A stretch of DNA of 64,000 bases, from positions 33,542,001 to 33,606,000 of the forward strand of contig OZ231126.1 in NCBI GenBank assembly GCA_965153355.1, read 5' to 3'. The stretch is from Flaccisagitta enflata (taxonomy: Eukaryota). Of this stretch, positions 1 through 13,334 are shown piece by piece. Under the pieces are notes generated by a model. The model was not told the origin of the DNA, searched no databases, and saw nothing but the letters and a program-made list of their open reading frames with translations. The first letter of the stretch is position 1. Every line of letters begins with the position of its first letter. A program made the translations under genes and the position numbers.

Positions 1-85
1 CACGCGACTCTACAACCCACTCTGTCCGTCGGTCCGTTGGTCGGTCGGTCGGTCGGTCGGTAACACTTTGCTTTTTTGTGTCGTT

Positions 86-1882
86 TTTGGTCATTTTTGG
101 TTGCTTTTAGTCATTTTTGGTCATTTTTGGTTGCTTTTAGTCATTTTTGGTCATTTTTGGTCATTTTGGTCATTTTGGTCATTTTGGTCATTTTGGTCAT
201 TTTGGTCATTTTGGTCATTTTGGTCATTTTGGTCATTTATGGTCATTTTTGGTCGTTTGTGATCATTCATAATCATTTTTAATCTTTTCTAATCATTTTT
301 AATCATTTTTGATCATTTTTGGTCATTTTTGGTCATTTTGATCATTTTCGTCATTTTGGCCATTTTGGTCATTTTGGTCATTTTTGGTCATTTTTGATCA
401 TTTTTGATCATTTTTGATCATTTTGGGTCATTTCTGGTTATTTTTGATCATTTTTTTGTCATTTTCGGTCATTTTTGGTCATTTTGGTCATTTTGGTCAT
501 ATTGGTCATTTTGGTCATTTTTGATCAATTTTGGTCATATTTGATCATTTTTGGTCATTTTGGGTCATTTTGGGTCGTTTTGGGTCATTTTGTGTCATTT
601 TTGGACATTTCTGGCTATTTTTGATCATTTTTTGTCATTTTTGGTCTTTTTTGATCATTTTTGGGCATTTTGGTCATATTGGTCATTTTGGTCATTTTTG
701 ATCAATTTTGGTCATTTTTGATCATTTTTGGTCATTTTTGGTCATTTTGGGTCATCTTGGGTCATTTTGGGTCATTTTGTGTCATTTTTTGTCATTATTG
801 GTCATTTTTGGTCATTTTTGGTCATTTTTGGTCATTTTTGGTCATTTTTGGACTTTTCAGGTCATTTGAGGTCATTTTAGGTCATTTTAGGTCACTTTGA
901 TAATTTTTGGTCATTTTTGGTCATTTTTGGTCATTTTTGGTCATTTTTGGTCATTTTTGGTCGTTTTTGGGCAGCGGCCCCGAAGGGGCCGATGACCTAT
1001 GCTTTCACACATAGGGGAAATTTTTCCTTCTCCTCCTCCTTCTCCGTCCACCCCCTTCGAAGCTCATATCCTGGCCTTGGGGCCATAATCCTAGTCTAGA
1101 GGCCCAGATCCTGATCTAGAGGCCCAAATTCTTGCCTCAAGACTCAAATCCCAACCTTGAGGGCTCATATCCCAGTCTAGAGGCCCATATCCCAGCCTTG
1201 AAGCCCATATCCCAGACTCGAGGCCCATATCCCAGCCTAGAGGCCCATATCCCAGCCTAGAGGCCCATATCCCAGCCTCGAGGCTCACATCCCAGCATAA
1301 AGGCTCGTATCCCAGCCTAAAGTCTCATATCCCAGCCTCAAGTCTCAAACACCAGCCTTGAGGCTTAAATCACAGCCTCATGGCTCTTATCACAGCCTTT
1401 AGGCTCAAATCACAGACTCGAGGCTCAAATCACAGCCTCATGGCTCAAATCAGAGCCTCATGGCTCAAATCACAGCCTTCAGGCTCAAATTCAATCCTAG
1501 AGCTTCAAAACTTACTAAGCATAGGTCATCGGCCCCTTCGGGGCCGCTGCCCCTCTCACCATCACACATCACAAATACTCAAATAGGGGCAACGGGTACC
1601 GCTGACCATCTAACGCTTTTGCGACTATTGGTCATTTTGGTCATTTCTGGTCATTTTTGGTCATTTTTGGTCATTCTTGGTTATTTTTGGACATTTTTGT
1701 TCATTTTTGGTCATTTTGGTCATTTTTGGTCTTTTTTGGTCATTTTTGATCATTTTTGGTCATTTTGGCCATATTGGTCATTCTTGGTCATTTTTGGTCA
1801 TCTTTGGTCATCTTTGGTCATTTTGGTCATTTTGGTCATTTTGGTCATTTTTGGTCATTTTTGGTCATTTTTGGTCATTTTG
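86..1882. repeat. 9-10 bp minisatellite GGTCATTTT(T), interrupted at 969-1626
   Basis: Directly visible tandem units; source of the FWS/LVI ORFs. Confidence 0.95.
969..1626 (+). mobile_element. HINE-like element, family B, nested in the family A element
   Basis: Perfect 36-bp inverted repeat 969-1004 (gggcagcggccccgaaggggccgatgacctatgctt) / 1517-1552, then a ~74-bp 3' tail with gcaacgggtaccgctgaccat; central 21-bp tandem repeats (gaggcccatatcccagcct.., ~1160-1490); preceded by a T run. Confidence 0.85.
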
Positions 1883-2680
1883 GTTTAAGTCTGCTGGTTA
1901 AAGTCTGCTGGTTAAAGTCTGCTGGTTGAAGTCTGCTGGTTTAAATCTAATGGTTTAAGTATGCAGGTCTAATGGTTTAAGTCTGCTGGTTTAAGTCTGC
2001 TGGTGGAAATGATATTGAAGATAAGTATGGTTTAAGTCTGGTTTAAGTCTGGTTTAAGTCTGGTTTTTAAGTCTGGTTTAAGTCTGGTTCGCAGTTCTTG
2101 ACAAAGGGGGAATAGCAGCTGAAGCAATGAAGAAGCATTGGGCCTCTCACCTTGTATGTCTGGTTTGTGTCTGGTTTTTGTTTTATGATTAGGTCCTGAT
2201 ATAGGTCTGATTTAGGTCTGGTTTTGGTCTGGTTTTGGTCTGGTTTTGGTCTGGTTTGATTCTTGTTTGAGTCTGGTTTGAGTCTGGTTTGAGTCTGGTT
2301 TGAGTCTGGTTTGAGTCTGGTTTGATTCTAGTTTGAGCCTGGTTTGAGCCTGGTTTGAGCCTGGTTTCGGTCTGGTTTAAGTCTGGTTTGAGTCTGGTTT
2401 GAGTCTGGTTTGAGTCTGGTTTGAGTCTGGTTTGAGTCTGGTTTGAGTCTGGTTTGAGTCTGGTTTGAGTCTGGTTTGAGTCTGGTTTGAGTCTGGTTTG
2501 AGTCTGGTTTGAGTCTGGCTTAAATCTGGTTTATGTCTCGTTTATGTCTGATTTAGGTCTGGTTTCGGTCAGGTTCAATTCCGGTTTGAGTCTGGTTTGA
2601 GTCTGGTTTGAGTCTGGTTTGAGTCTGGTTTGAGTCTGGTTTGAGTCTGGTTTGAGTCTGGTTTGAGTCTGGTTTGGGTC
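1882..2680. repeat. 14-bp (GGTTTAAGTCTGCT) and 11-bp (GAGTCTGGTTT) tandem arrays
   Basis: Visible tandem units; related to the (CCAGACTTAGA)n array of copy 31458-31888. Confidence 0.95.
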
Positions 2681-2948
2681 TGTTTTGGGTTGCTTTTAAG
2701 TCTGATTTTCGATAAAAAGATACAATAAGGAGTCAGGTCAGTTCAGTTATTTTTGTCCTGCACGCGACTTATAGGTATTGGCCTTTTTTAAAGATAGAAT
2801 GAAAAATATTGATCCTCATAAAAAATATTCATAATGAAATATGTAGGCGATGATCATATCTAGGCAGCAAAAAAAATTTTTTTACTTAAGAGAAATTTTT
2901 AAAGTATTATTAAAAAAATTAAAAGCTACCTTTTTAAAGACCACCCGT

Positions 2949-4446
2949 TACAACCCTCAAAGATACAATCCTCAAAGATACAATCCTCAAAGATACAATC
3001 CTCAAAGATACAATCCTCAAAGATACAATCCTCAAAGATACAATCCTCAAAGATACAATCCTCAAAGATACAATCCTCAAAGATACAATCCTCAAAGATA
3101 CAATCCTCAAAGATACAATCCTCAAAGATACGATCCTCAAAGATACAATCCTCAAAGATACAATCCTCAAAGATACAATCCTCAAAGATACAATCCTCAA
3201 AGATACAATCCTCAAAGATACAATCCTCAAAGATACAATCCTCAAAGATACAATCCTCAAAGATACAATCCTCAAAGATGCAATCCTCAAAGATACAATC
3301 CTCAAAGATACAATCCTCAAAGATACAATCCCAAAAGATACAATCCTCAAAGATACAATCCCATAGATACAATCCTCAAAGATACAATCTCAAAGATACA
3401 ATCTCAAAGATACAATCCTCAAAGATACAATCCTCAAAGATACAATCCTCAAAGATACAATCCTCAAAGATACAATCCTCAAAGATACAATCCTCAAAGA
3501 TACAATCCTCAAAGATACAATCCTCAAAGATACAATCCTCAAAGATACAATCCTCAAAGATACAATCCTCAAAGATACAATCCTCAAAGATACAATCCTC
3601 CAAGATACAATCCTCAAAGATACAATCCTCAAAGATACAATCCTCAAAGATACAATCCTCAAAGATACAATCCTAAAAGATACAATCCTCAAAGATACAA
3701 TCCTCAAAGATACAATCCTCAAAGATACAATCCTCAAAGATACAATCCTCAAAAGATACAATCACAAAGATACTATTCTCAAAGATACAATCCTCAAAGA
3801 TACAATCCTCAAAGATGCAATCCTCAAAGATACAATCCTCAAAGATACAATCCTCAAAGATACAATCCTCAAAGATACAATCCTTAAAGATACTATCCTC
3901 AAAGATACAATCCTCAAAGATACAATCCTCAAAGATACAATCCTCAAAGATACAATCCTCAAAGATACAATCCTCAAAGATACAATCCTCAAAGATACAA
4001 TCCTCAAAGATACAATCCTCAAAGATACAATCCTCAAAGATACAATCCTCAAAGATACAATTCTCATAGATACAATCCTCAAAGATACAATCCTCAAAGA
4101 TACAATCCTTAAAGATACAATCGTCAAAGATACAATCCTCAAAGATACAATCCTCAAAGATACAATCCTCAAAGATACAATCCTCAAAGATACAATCCTC
4201 AAAGATACAATCCTCCAAGATACAATCCTCCACAGATACAATCTTCCAGACCACAGTGTCCAAGACACAATCATCCAAAGATACAATCCTCAAAGATACA
4301 ATCCTCAACGAAATAATCCACACAGATACAATCCTCAAAGATACAATCCTCAAAGATACAATCCTCAAAGATACAATCCTCAAAGATACAATCCTCAAAG
4401 ATACAATCACCAAAGATACAACCTCCAAAGATACAATCCTCAAAGG
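2949..4446. repeat. 15-bp satellite array 1 (AAGATACAATCCTCA)n
   Basis: About 100 highly homogeneous monomers; gives the QRYNP/KDTIL/KIQSS/EDCIF/LRIVS ORFs. Confidence 0.98.
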
Positions 4447-4548
4447 AATGCACCAATAAGGGCAGCTAATCGCCGTAGGAAAAAAGTCCTAAAGGCTGCT
4501 GGAGAAAATGAGAGAGAAAAAAAGAGTGAGAGAGAAAAAAAAAGAGAA

Positions 4549-4580
<32 letters not shown>

Positions 4581-4909
4581 GGACAGACAGACCAAGAGAG
4601 AGAGAGAGAGAGAGAGTTTAATTAACTCGATTCCGCGTTTTGGGGAAAAATGAGAAAAATGCGAAAAAAAACAAAAAAAAAGAGTTAAAAAATCATAGCT
4701 CCAAAACTATCGATCGCACAGAAATCTGCTTGGCGTCATCTGAAAGAGGAGAATTAGTTCTTTCTTAGCTATTAATATCATGCTAAGTCCCATTCTGTCC
4801 CCAAAATGTATCAACTTCCTCAAACGCTTCATAAAACAAAGGGAAATCCGTTTTTCTCTGCAGGACTCAAAAAGACCGAAGGGACTTCGTCTCTTCGACT
4901 TTTTTCCAA

Positions 4910-6546
4910 ACAATCCTCAAAGATACAATCCTCAATGATACAATCCTCAAAGATACAATCCTCAAAGATACAATCCTCAAAGATACAATCCTCAAAGATA
5001 CAATCCTCAAAGATACAATCCTCAAAGATACAATCCTCAAAGATACAATCCTCAAAGATACAATCCTCAAAGATACAATCCTCAAAGATACAATCCTCAA
5101 AGATACTATCCTCCAGATGTCCTCAAAGATGCTATCCCTCCAAAGATACAATCACCTCATTGTCTGATCTCAAAGATACAATCCTCAAAGATACAATCCT
5201 CAAAATGCCGTCCTCAAAAATACTATCACTCCAAAGATACTATCCTCAAAGATACAATCCTTCCAAGATACAATCACTCCAAGATACCATCCTCAAAAGA
5301 TACAATCCTAAAAGATACAATCCTCCAAGATACAATCCTCCAAAATACAATCCTCAAGGAATGCAATCCTCAAAGATACAATACATCAAAGATACAATCC
5401 TCAAAGATACAATCATAAAGATACACAATCAAGATACAATCCTCAAAGATACAATCTTCAAAGATACAATCTTCAAAGATACAATCTTCAAAGATACAAT
5501 CCTCAAAAATACAATCCTCCAAGATACAATCCTCAAAGATACAATCCTCAAAGATACAATCCTCAAAGATACAATCCTCAAAGATACAATATTCAAAGAT
5601 ACAATCTTCAAAAATACTATCCTCAAAGATACAATCCTCAAAGATACAATCCTCCAAGATACAATCCTCCAAGATACAATCCTGAAAGATACAATCCTCC
5701 AAGATACAATCCTCCAAGATACTATCCTCAAAGATACAATCCTCAAAGATACAATCCTCAAAGATACAATCCTCAAAGATACAATCCTCAAAGATACAAT
5801 CCTCAAAAATACTATCCTCAAAGATACAATCCTCAAAGATACAATCCTCAAAGATACAATCCTCAAAGATACAATCCTCAAAGATACAATCCTCAAAGAT
5901 ACAATCCTCAAAGATACAATCCTCAAAGATACAATCCTCAAAGATACAATCCTCAAAGATACAATCCTCAAAGATACAATCCTCCAAGATACAATCCTCC
6001 AAGATACAATCCTCAAAGATACAATCCTCAAAGATACAATCCTCAAAGATACAATCCTTAAAGATACAATCCTCAAAGATACAATCCTCAAAGATACTAT
6101 CCTCCAAGATACAATCCTCAAAGATACTATCCTCAAAGATACTATCCTCAAAGATACAATCCTCAAAGATACAATCCTCAAAGATACAATCCTCAAAGAT
6201 ACAATCCTCAAAGATACAATCCTCAAAAATACTATCCTCAAAGATACTATCCTCAAAGATACAATCCTCCAAGATACAATACTCCAAGATACCATCCTCA
6301 AAGATACAATCCTCAAAGATACAATCCTCAAAGATACAATCCTCAAAGATACAATCCTCAAAGATACAATCCTCAAAGATACAATCCTCAAAGATACAAT
6401 CCTCAAAGATACAATCTTCAAAGATACAATCTTCAAAGATACATTCTTCAAAGATATACAATCTGCAAAGATACAATCCTCAAAGATAAAATCCTCAAAG
6501 ATAAAATCCTCAAAGATACAATCCTCAAAGATACAATCCTCAAAGG
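4910..6546. repeat. 15-bp satellite array 2
   Basis: Same monomer and orientation; degenerate patch ~5110-5430. Confidence 0.98.
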
Positions 6547-6745
6547 AGGTAGTGACAACCAGCGGGCTGAAATGACCCTGCCCATAGCCCCTGCCCATTG
6601 GAAATATCATCTTATTAGGGCCATTGCCACTGCCTCTGCCTGAGATCCAACTGCTAACACGATCTCAATCACTCACCACCCCTTTTCCCACTACTTTACC
6701 ACCCTCTCTCTTCTTCTACAATATTGACCCTACTTAGATAGTTGT

Positions 6746-8076
6746 CAGTGCTGCTGCCACTGCCTCCGCCGCCGCCGCCGCCTCTGCCTCTGCTACAACA
6801 AATCTGTCTACAGTCTCAATCTCCCACTTGCCGCCTCCTCCATTTGTTTTGTATCATGGGTATTTTCATTGTAGAGAGTACTTTCAGCTGCTACTATCTC
6901 TTTAACGCCGCCGCCGCCTCCTCCTCCTGCTGCTGCTGCTCCTCCTCCGCTACCGCCCAGACGTGTCCGCCGCCGCCTCCCCTCCTCCTCCTCCTCGTCC
7001 TTCTCCGCCGCCGCCGCCGCCTCCTATCCTCCTCGTCCCTCTCCGCTGCCGCTGCCGCCTCCTCTCCTCCTCATCCTTCTCCGCTGCCGCCGCCGCCTCC
7101 ACTCCTCCTTGTCTTTCTCCGCCGCCGCCGCCGCCTCCACTCCTCCTCGTCCGTCTCCGCCGCCGCCGCCGCCTCCTCTCCTCCTCGTTCTTCTCCGCCG
7201 CTGCCGCCTTCTCTCCTCCTCATTCTTCTCTCCCTGCCGCCACGCCGCCTCCCTCCTCGTCCTTCTCCGCCACCAGCACCGCCTCCCTCCTCCTTGTCCC
7301 TTCTCCGCCCACCGCCACCGCCGCCGCCGCCTCTTACCTCCTCCTTCACCACCGCCTCCTCTCCTCATCCTCCTCCTCCTCTTCCCACTCTGCTGTCGTA
7401 CTTATACTTGCTTCCTCCTCCTCCTCCTCTGCCGCCACCGCCTCCTCCTCCTCCTCTCCCCAACTGCCGCTGCCGCATCCTCCTTTACAAAAAAAATCAA
7501 ATTTAAAAAAATTTAAAGAACATTTTATAAAATATCAAAAAAAGAATCAAATTTAAAAGAAATCAAATAAAAAAAATGAAAAAAAAGAAAAGAAAAACAC
7601 AAAAAAAGTATTTGGAAATAAGATTAAGATAATTAAAAAAATTCAGGAGAGGGGCGGAGGCGGGCGACGGCGTGCCGGCGGCTGCGGTGGAGGAGGAGGA
7701 GGAGGAGGAGGAGGCGGCGTGCCAGCAGCAATGGATGAGGGGAGGAGGCTATTACACAGAAAAGGAGGCTGCGGCAGGGGAGGTGGAGGCGGCGGTGGTT
7801 TGTGAAGGGGAGGGAGGCGAGCGGCAGCGGCGGCTAGGAAGGGTGAGAGGTGAGGAGGTGGTGGCAAGGGAGGAGGAGGAATGAGGAGGCAGTGGTGGTT
7901 GAGGAGGAGGAGGATGTGGAGGTGGGAGAGAATTTTTTTTTCACTTTAATGGTGAGGAAGATGTGTACTACACATTGTGTAGCAGCACGGGAGGGGGCAA
8001 CAAAGCTGGTGAGGGCGGCGGTGGTAGGAGGGGGGCTATAACAGTGGAGGCAGAGGCGGCGGTGGCAGGTCCACTG
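6746..8076. mobile_element. Putative degenerate foldback/MITE with GC-rich trinucleotide arms
   Basis: C-rich (CCG/CCT)n left part to ~7485, A-rich centre ~7486-7642, G-rich (GGC/GGA)n right part. Ends cagtgctgctgccactgcctccgcc / ggcagaggcggcggtggcaggtccactg are imperfect inverted copies. No clean TSD. Confidence 0.45.
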
Positions 8077-8124
8077 TTATTTTTTAGTCAAATTTGAGAC
8101 AGACCACTGGGAGTCAATGGGTGC

Positions 8125-11100
8125 CTCAAAGATACAATCCTCAAAGATACAATCCTCAAAGATACAATCCTCAAAGATACAATCCTCAAAGATACAATCC
8201 TCAAAGATACAATCCTCAAAGATACAATCCTCAAAGATACAATCCTCAAAGATACAATCCTCAAAGATACAATCCTCAAAGATACAATCCTCAAAGATAC
8301 AATCCTCAAAGATACAATCCTCAAAGATACAATCCTCAAAGATACAATCTTCAAAGATACAATCTTCAAAGATACAATCCTCAAAGATACAATCCTCAAA
8401 GAAACAATCCTCAAAGATACCATCCTCAAAGATACAATCCTCAAAGATACAATCCTCAAAGATACAATCCTCAAAGATACAATCCTCAAAGATACAATCC
8501 TCATAGATACAATCCTCAAAGATACAATCCTCCAAGATACAATCCTCAAAGATACAATCCTCAAAGATACAATCCTCAAAGATACAATCCTCAAAGATAC
8601 AATCCTCAAAGATACAATCCTCAAAGATACTATCCTCCAAGATACAATCCTCAAAGATACTATCCTCAAAGATACAATCCTCAAAGATACAATCCTCAAA
8701 GATACAATCCTCAAAGATACAATCCTCAAAGATACAATCCTCAAAGATACAATCCTCAAAGATACAATCCTCAAAAATACTATCCTCAAAGATACTATCC
8801 TCAAAGATACAATCCTCCAAGATACAATCCTCCAAGATACCATCCTCAAAGATACAATCCTCAAAGATACAATCCTCAAAGATACAATCCTCAAAGATAC
8901 AATCCTCAAAGATACAATCCTCAAAGATACAATCCTCAAAGATACAATCCTCAAAGATACAATCCTCAAAGATACAATCCTCAAAGATACAATCCTCAAA
9001 GATACAATCTTCAAAGATACAATCTTCAAAGATACAATCTTCAAAGATATACAATCTGCAAAGATACAATCCTCAAAGATACAATCCTCAAAGATACAAT
9101 CCTCAAAGATACAATCCTCAAAGATACAATCCTCAAAGATACAATATTCAAAGATACAATCTTCAAAAATACTATCCTCAAAGATACAATCCTCAAAGAT
9201 ACAATCCTCCAAGATACAATCCTCCAAGATACAATCCTGAAAGATACAATCCTCAAAGATACTATCCTCCAAGATACAATCCTCAAAGATACAATCCTCA
9301 AAGATACAATCCTCAAAGATACAATCCTCAAAGATACAATCCTCAAAGATACAATCCTCAAAGATACTATCCTCAAAGATACAATCCTCAAAGATACAAT
9401 CCTCAAAGATACAATCCTCAAAGATACAATCCTCAAAGATACAATCCTCAAAGATACAATCCTCAAAGATACAATCCTCAAAGATACAATCCTCAAAGAT
9501 ACAATCCTCAAAGATACAATCCTCAAAGATACAATCCTCAAAGATACAATCCTCAAAGATACAATCCTCCAAGATACAATCCTCAAAGATACAATCCTCA
9601 AAGATACAATCCTCAAAGATACAATCCTCAAAGATACAATCCTCAAAGATACAATCCTCAAAGATACTATCCTCCAAGATACAATCCTCAAAGATACTAT
9701 CCTCAAAGATACTATCCTCAAAGATACAATCCTCAAAGATACAATCCTCAAAGATACAATCCTCAAAGATACAATCCTCAAAGATACAATCCTCAAAAAT
9801 ACTATCCTCAAAGATACTATCCTCAAAGATACAATCCTCCAAGATACAATACTCCAAGATACCATCCTCAAAGATACAATCCTCAAAGATACAATCCTCA
9901 AAGATACAATCCTCAAAGATACAATCCTCAAAGATACAATCCTCAAAGATACAATCCTCAAAGATACAATCTTCAAAGATACAATCCGCAAAGATACAAT
10001 CTGCAAAGATACAATCCTCAAAGATACAATCCTCAAAGATACAATCCTCAAAGATACAATCCTCAAAAGATACACAATCCTCAAGATACAATCTTCAAAG
10101 ATACAATCCTCAAGATACAATCCTCAAAGATACAATCCTCAAAGATACAATCCTCAAAGATACAATCCTCAAAGATACAATCCTCAAAGATACAATCCTC
10201 AAAGATACAATCCTCAAAGATACAATCCTCAAAGATACAATCCTCAAAGATACAATCCTCAAAGATACAATCCTCAAAGATACAATCCTCAAAGATACAG
10301 TCCTCAAAGATACAATCCTCAAAGATACAATCCTCAAATATACAATCTTCAAAGATACAATCTTCAAAGATACAATCCTCAAAGATACAATCCTCAAAGA
10401 TACAATCCTCAAAGATACAATCCTCAAAGATACAATCCTCAAAGATACAATCCTCTAAGATACAATCCTCAAAGATACAATCCTCAAAGATACAATCCTC
10501 AAAGATACAATCCTCAAAGATACAATCTTCAAAGATACAATCTTCAAAGATACAATCCTCAAAAATACAATCCTCCAAGATACAATCCTCAAAGATACAA
10601 TCCTCATAGATACAATCCTAAAAGATACAATCCTCGAAGATACAATCCTCAAAGATACAATCCTCAAAAATACAATCCTCAAAGATACAATCCTCAAAGA
10701 TACAATCCTCAAAGATACAATCCTCTAAGATACAATCCTCATAGATACAATCCTCAAAGATACAATCCTCAAAGATACAATCTCAAAGATGCAATCCTCA
10801 AGATACAATCCTCAAAGATACAATCCTCCAAAATACAATCCTATAAGATACAATCCTCATAGATACAATCCTCAAAGATACAATCCTCCAAAATACAATC
10901 CTCAAAGAAATACAATCTTCAAAGATACAATCTTCAAAGATACAATCCTCAATGATACAATCCTCAAAGATACAATCCTCAAAGATACAATCCTCAAAGA
11001 TACAATCCTAAAAGATACAATCCTCGAAGATACAATCCTCAAAGATACAATCCTCAAAAATATAATCCTCAAAGATACAATCCTCAAAGATACAATCCTC

Positions 11101-11257
11101 AAAGATACAATCCTCAAAGATACTATCCTCCAAGATACAATCCTCAAAGATACTATCCTCAAAGATACTATCCTCAAAGATACAATCCTCAAAGATACAA
11201 TCCTCAAAGATACAATCCTCAAAGATACCATCCTCAAAAATACTATCCTCTAAGATA
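8125..11257. repeat. 15-bp satellite array 3
   Basis: About 200 monomers; ends abruptly at the foldback element. Confidence 0.98.
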
Positions 11258-13334
11258 CAGTACGAGAATCAAAGAATTGACCAACTCCAGGGAAGCGATA
11301 TCTGCCAAACCACTTTGAATGAAGCTAAAATTTTTTACCCCATAATGCACCTATAGGTCCCCTATATTGCATAAGGTTTTGGAGCGAATCCGAGAATTTC
11401 ATTTTTTTTTTACAAAAAAAAATTTTTTCAGTTTTTTTGCTGATTTCAACCACAAAAATTGCACACAAGAAAAATTCTTTCTTATGTATGTTAGTGAGAC
11501 ACATTAGTGAGACACATTTACACAAAATTCATTTTTTGTTGGAGATTTTCCGCCTATTTTTAGGGCCACGGCACCCACAACTCAAAAAACACAAAAAGTC
11601 AAATATCTCCTCAGGATTTCAATAAAATCTCCTGATTTTTGGTGTGGTAGTAGTTTTTGGAGTCAATAACAAGTGTGCAAAATTTCAGCCCTTCAAAAAA
11701 AATTTTGACGCAGTTATGAAATTTTGAAATATTCACAAAATGCAATGTAGGACGTTTTTGCCCCCAAAATTTTTTTTTCAAATGAAAAATTCTGCCAATT
11801 GTTATTTTTTGACATAACTAATTACAAATTAAGAGATTCTGAAAAAAAATTTGAACTAGCCCTTGTAGAAAAAAAAATTTTTTCTTAAAAATTGTGAAAA
11901 TGACCCATTTTTTAAAGTTGAATAAAAACTGTTCCTGTTATCCGATCATCTTAATTTTTGGTGGACTTGTTACCTATTATCTACCCTAACTTCGCCTTAA
12001 ATTTGAGCTCACTGCGACTAACGGTTGCGGAGATATTGACATTCGAAGTTACTTTGTCAGAGCAAAATCAGCAAAATTTGTATTTTGGCCATTTTTGAGC
12101 TTGCATAAAATTTCATTTTTTCTTTCAGAGACCTCCATTTTAGCTGAAGTTACTCAGGTTTAAACATATACACATATTCCAAAAATTTACACTTGTCAGT
12201 CAAGCCGTTTTAGGGATATGATGGTCCAAAGTTTTAAAAAAAACTAATTTTGCAACAAAAACTAAGATAATTTTTCAAAATTTAAAAAAAAAAAGTTGTC
12301 ATCAGGGTTTTGGATCTGGATGAATTAGATAATTCCCAATTGTTTTGACCCCCCCTTTAAAGACTATTTTTTTGAAAAATTTTCGCTTATTTTTTTCCTG
12401 AAGATTTGGTTGAAAAATTGGCATTTTAAAAACTTTGGACCATCTTATCCCTAAAACGGCTTGACTGACTAGTGTGAAATTTTGGAATATGAATATATGT
12501 TTAAACCTGAGTAACTTCAGCTAAAATGGAGGTCTCTGAAAGAAAAAATGAAATTTTATGCAAGCTCAAAAATGGCCAAAATACAAATTTTGCTGATTTT
12601 GCTCTGACAAAGTAACTTCGAACATCAATATCTCCGCAACCTTTAGTCGCAGTGAGCTCAAATTTTAGGTGAAGTTAGGGTAGATAATAGGTAACAACTC
12701 CACCAAAAATTAAGATGATTGGATAACAGGATAAGTTTTTATTTAACTTAAAAAAATGGGTCATTTTCACAATTTTTGAGAAAAATTTTTTTTTCTAAAA
12801 TAAGCAATTCAAATTTTTTCAGAATCCTTTTAATTTGTATCACACAAAAAATAATAACTGCAGGAATTTTCATTTGAAAAAAAATTTCTAGGGCAAAACA
12901 TCCTATATTGCATTTTAATTATTTAAATTAAGAACTATAAATGTAATTTTTTTGAATATTTGAAATTTTAACACTTCTATTATGACCTAAAACTACTTGA
13001 CTACACCAAAATCAGGAGACTAATAATTTAAGAGATATTCACTTTTTGTGTTTTTGAGTTTTGGGTGCCAGACCCAAAATAAAGGAAAATCTCCAATAAA
13101 AATGAATTTTGTGTAAATGTCTCACTAACACATTCATAAAACGGAATTTTTCTTGTGTGTAATTTTTGTGGTTGAAATCAGCAAAAAAACTGAAAAAAAA
13201 ATTTTTTGTAAAAAAAAAATGAAATTCTCGGATTCGCTCCAAAACCTTATGCAATATAGGGGACCTAAAGGTGCATTATGGGGTAAAAAATTTTAGCTTC
13301 ATTCAAAGCGGTTTGGCAGATATCGCTTCCCTGG

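Larger units (their letters stand above)
1..2785 (+). mobile_element. HINE/DINE-like non-autonomous element, family A (5' end cut by window edge), with expanded internal tandem arrays
   Basis: Starts cacgcgactctacaacccac followed by a (GGTC)n microsatellite; ends aataaggagtcaggtcagttcagttatttttgtcctgcacgcgacttataggtattggcc-tttt. The same two ends occur in the 431-bp copy at 31458-31888 (-). Layout (5' subterminal IR, microsatellite, central tandem repeats, second IR copy near 3' end, T-rich flanks) matches Drosophila DINE-1/HINE organisation. Confidence 0.8.

Noticed and set aside
6742-7556. Proline-rich extensin/formin-like CDS
   Set aside because: Low-complexity CCG/CCT repeats open in several frames on both strands; no splice or domain support.
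2850-11253. Long pentapeptide-repeat ORFs (up to 922 aa) as real proteins
   Set aside because: Translations of a 15-bp satellite that is open in five frames and switches frame at indels, with no unique domains.
2949-11257. CRISPR array or telomeric repeat
   Set aside because: Head-to-tail monomers with no unique spacers and no cas genes; internal, interrupted arrays with no recognised telomere motif.
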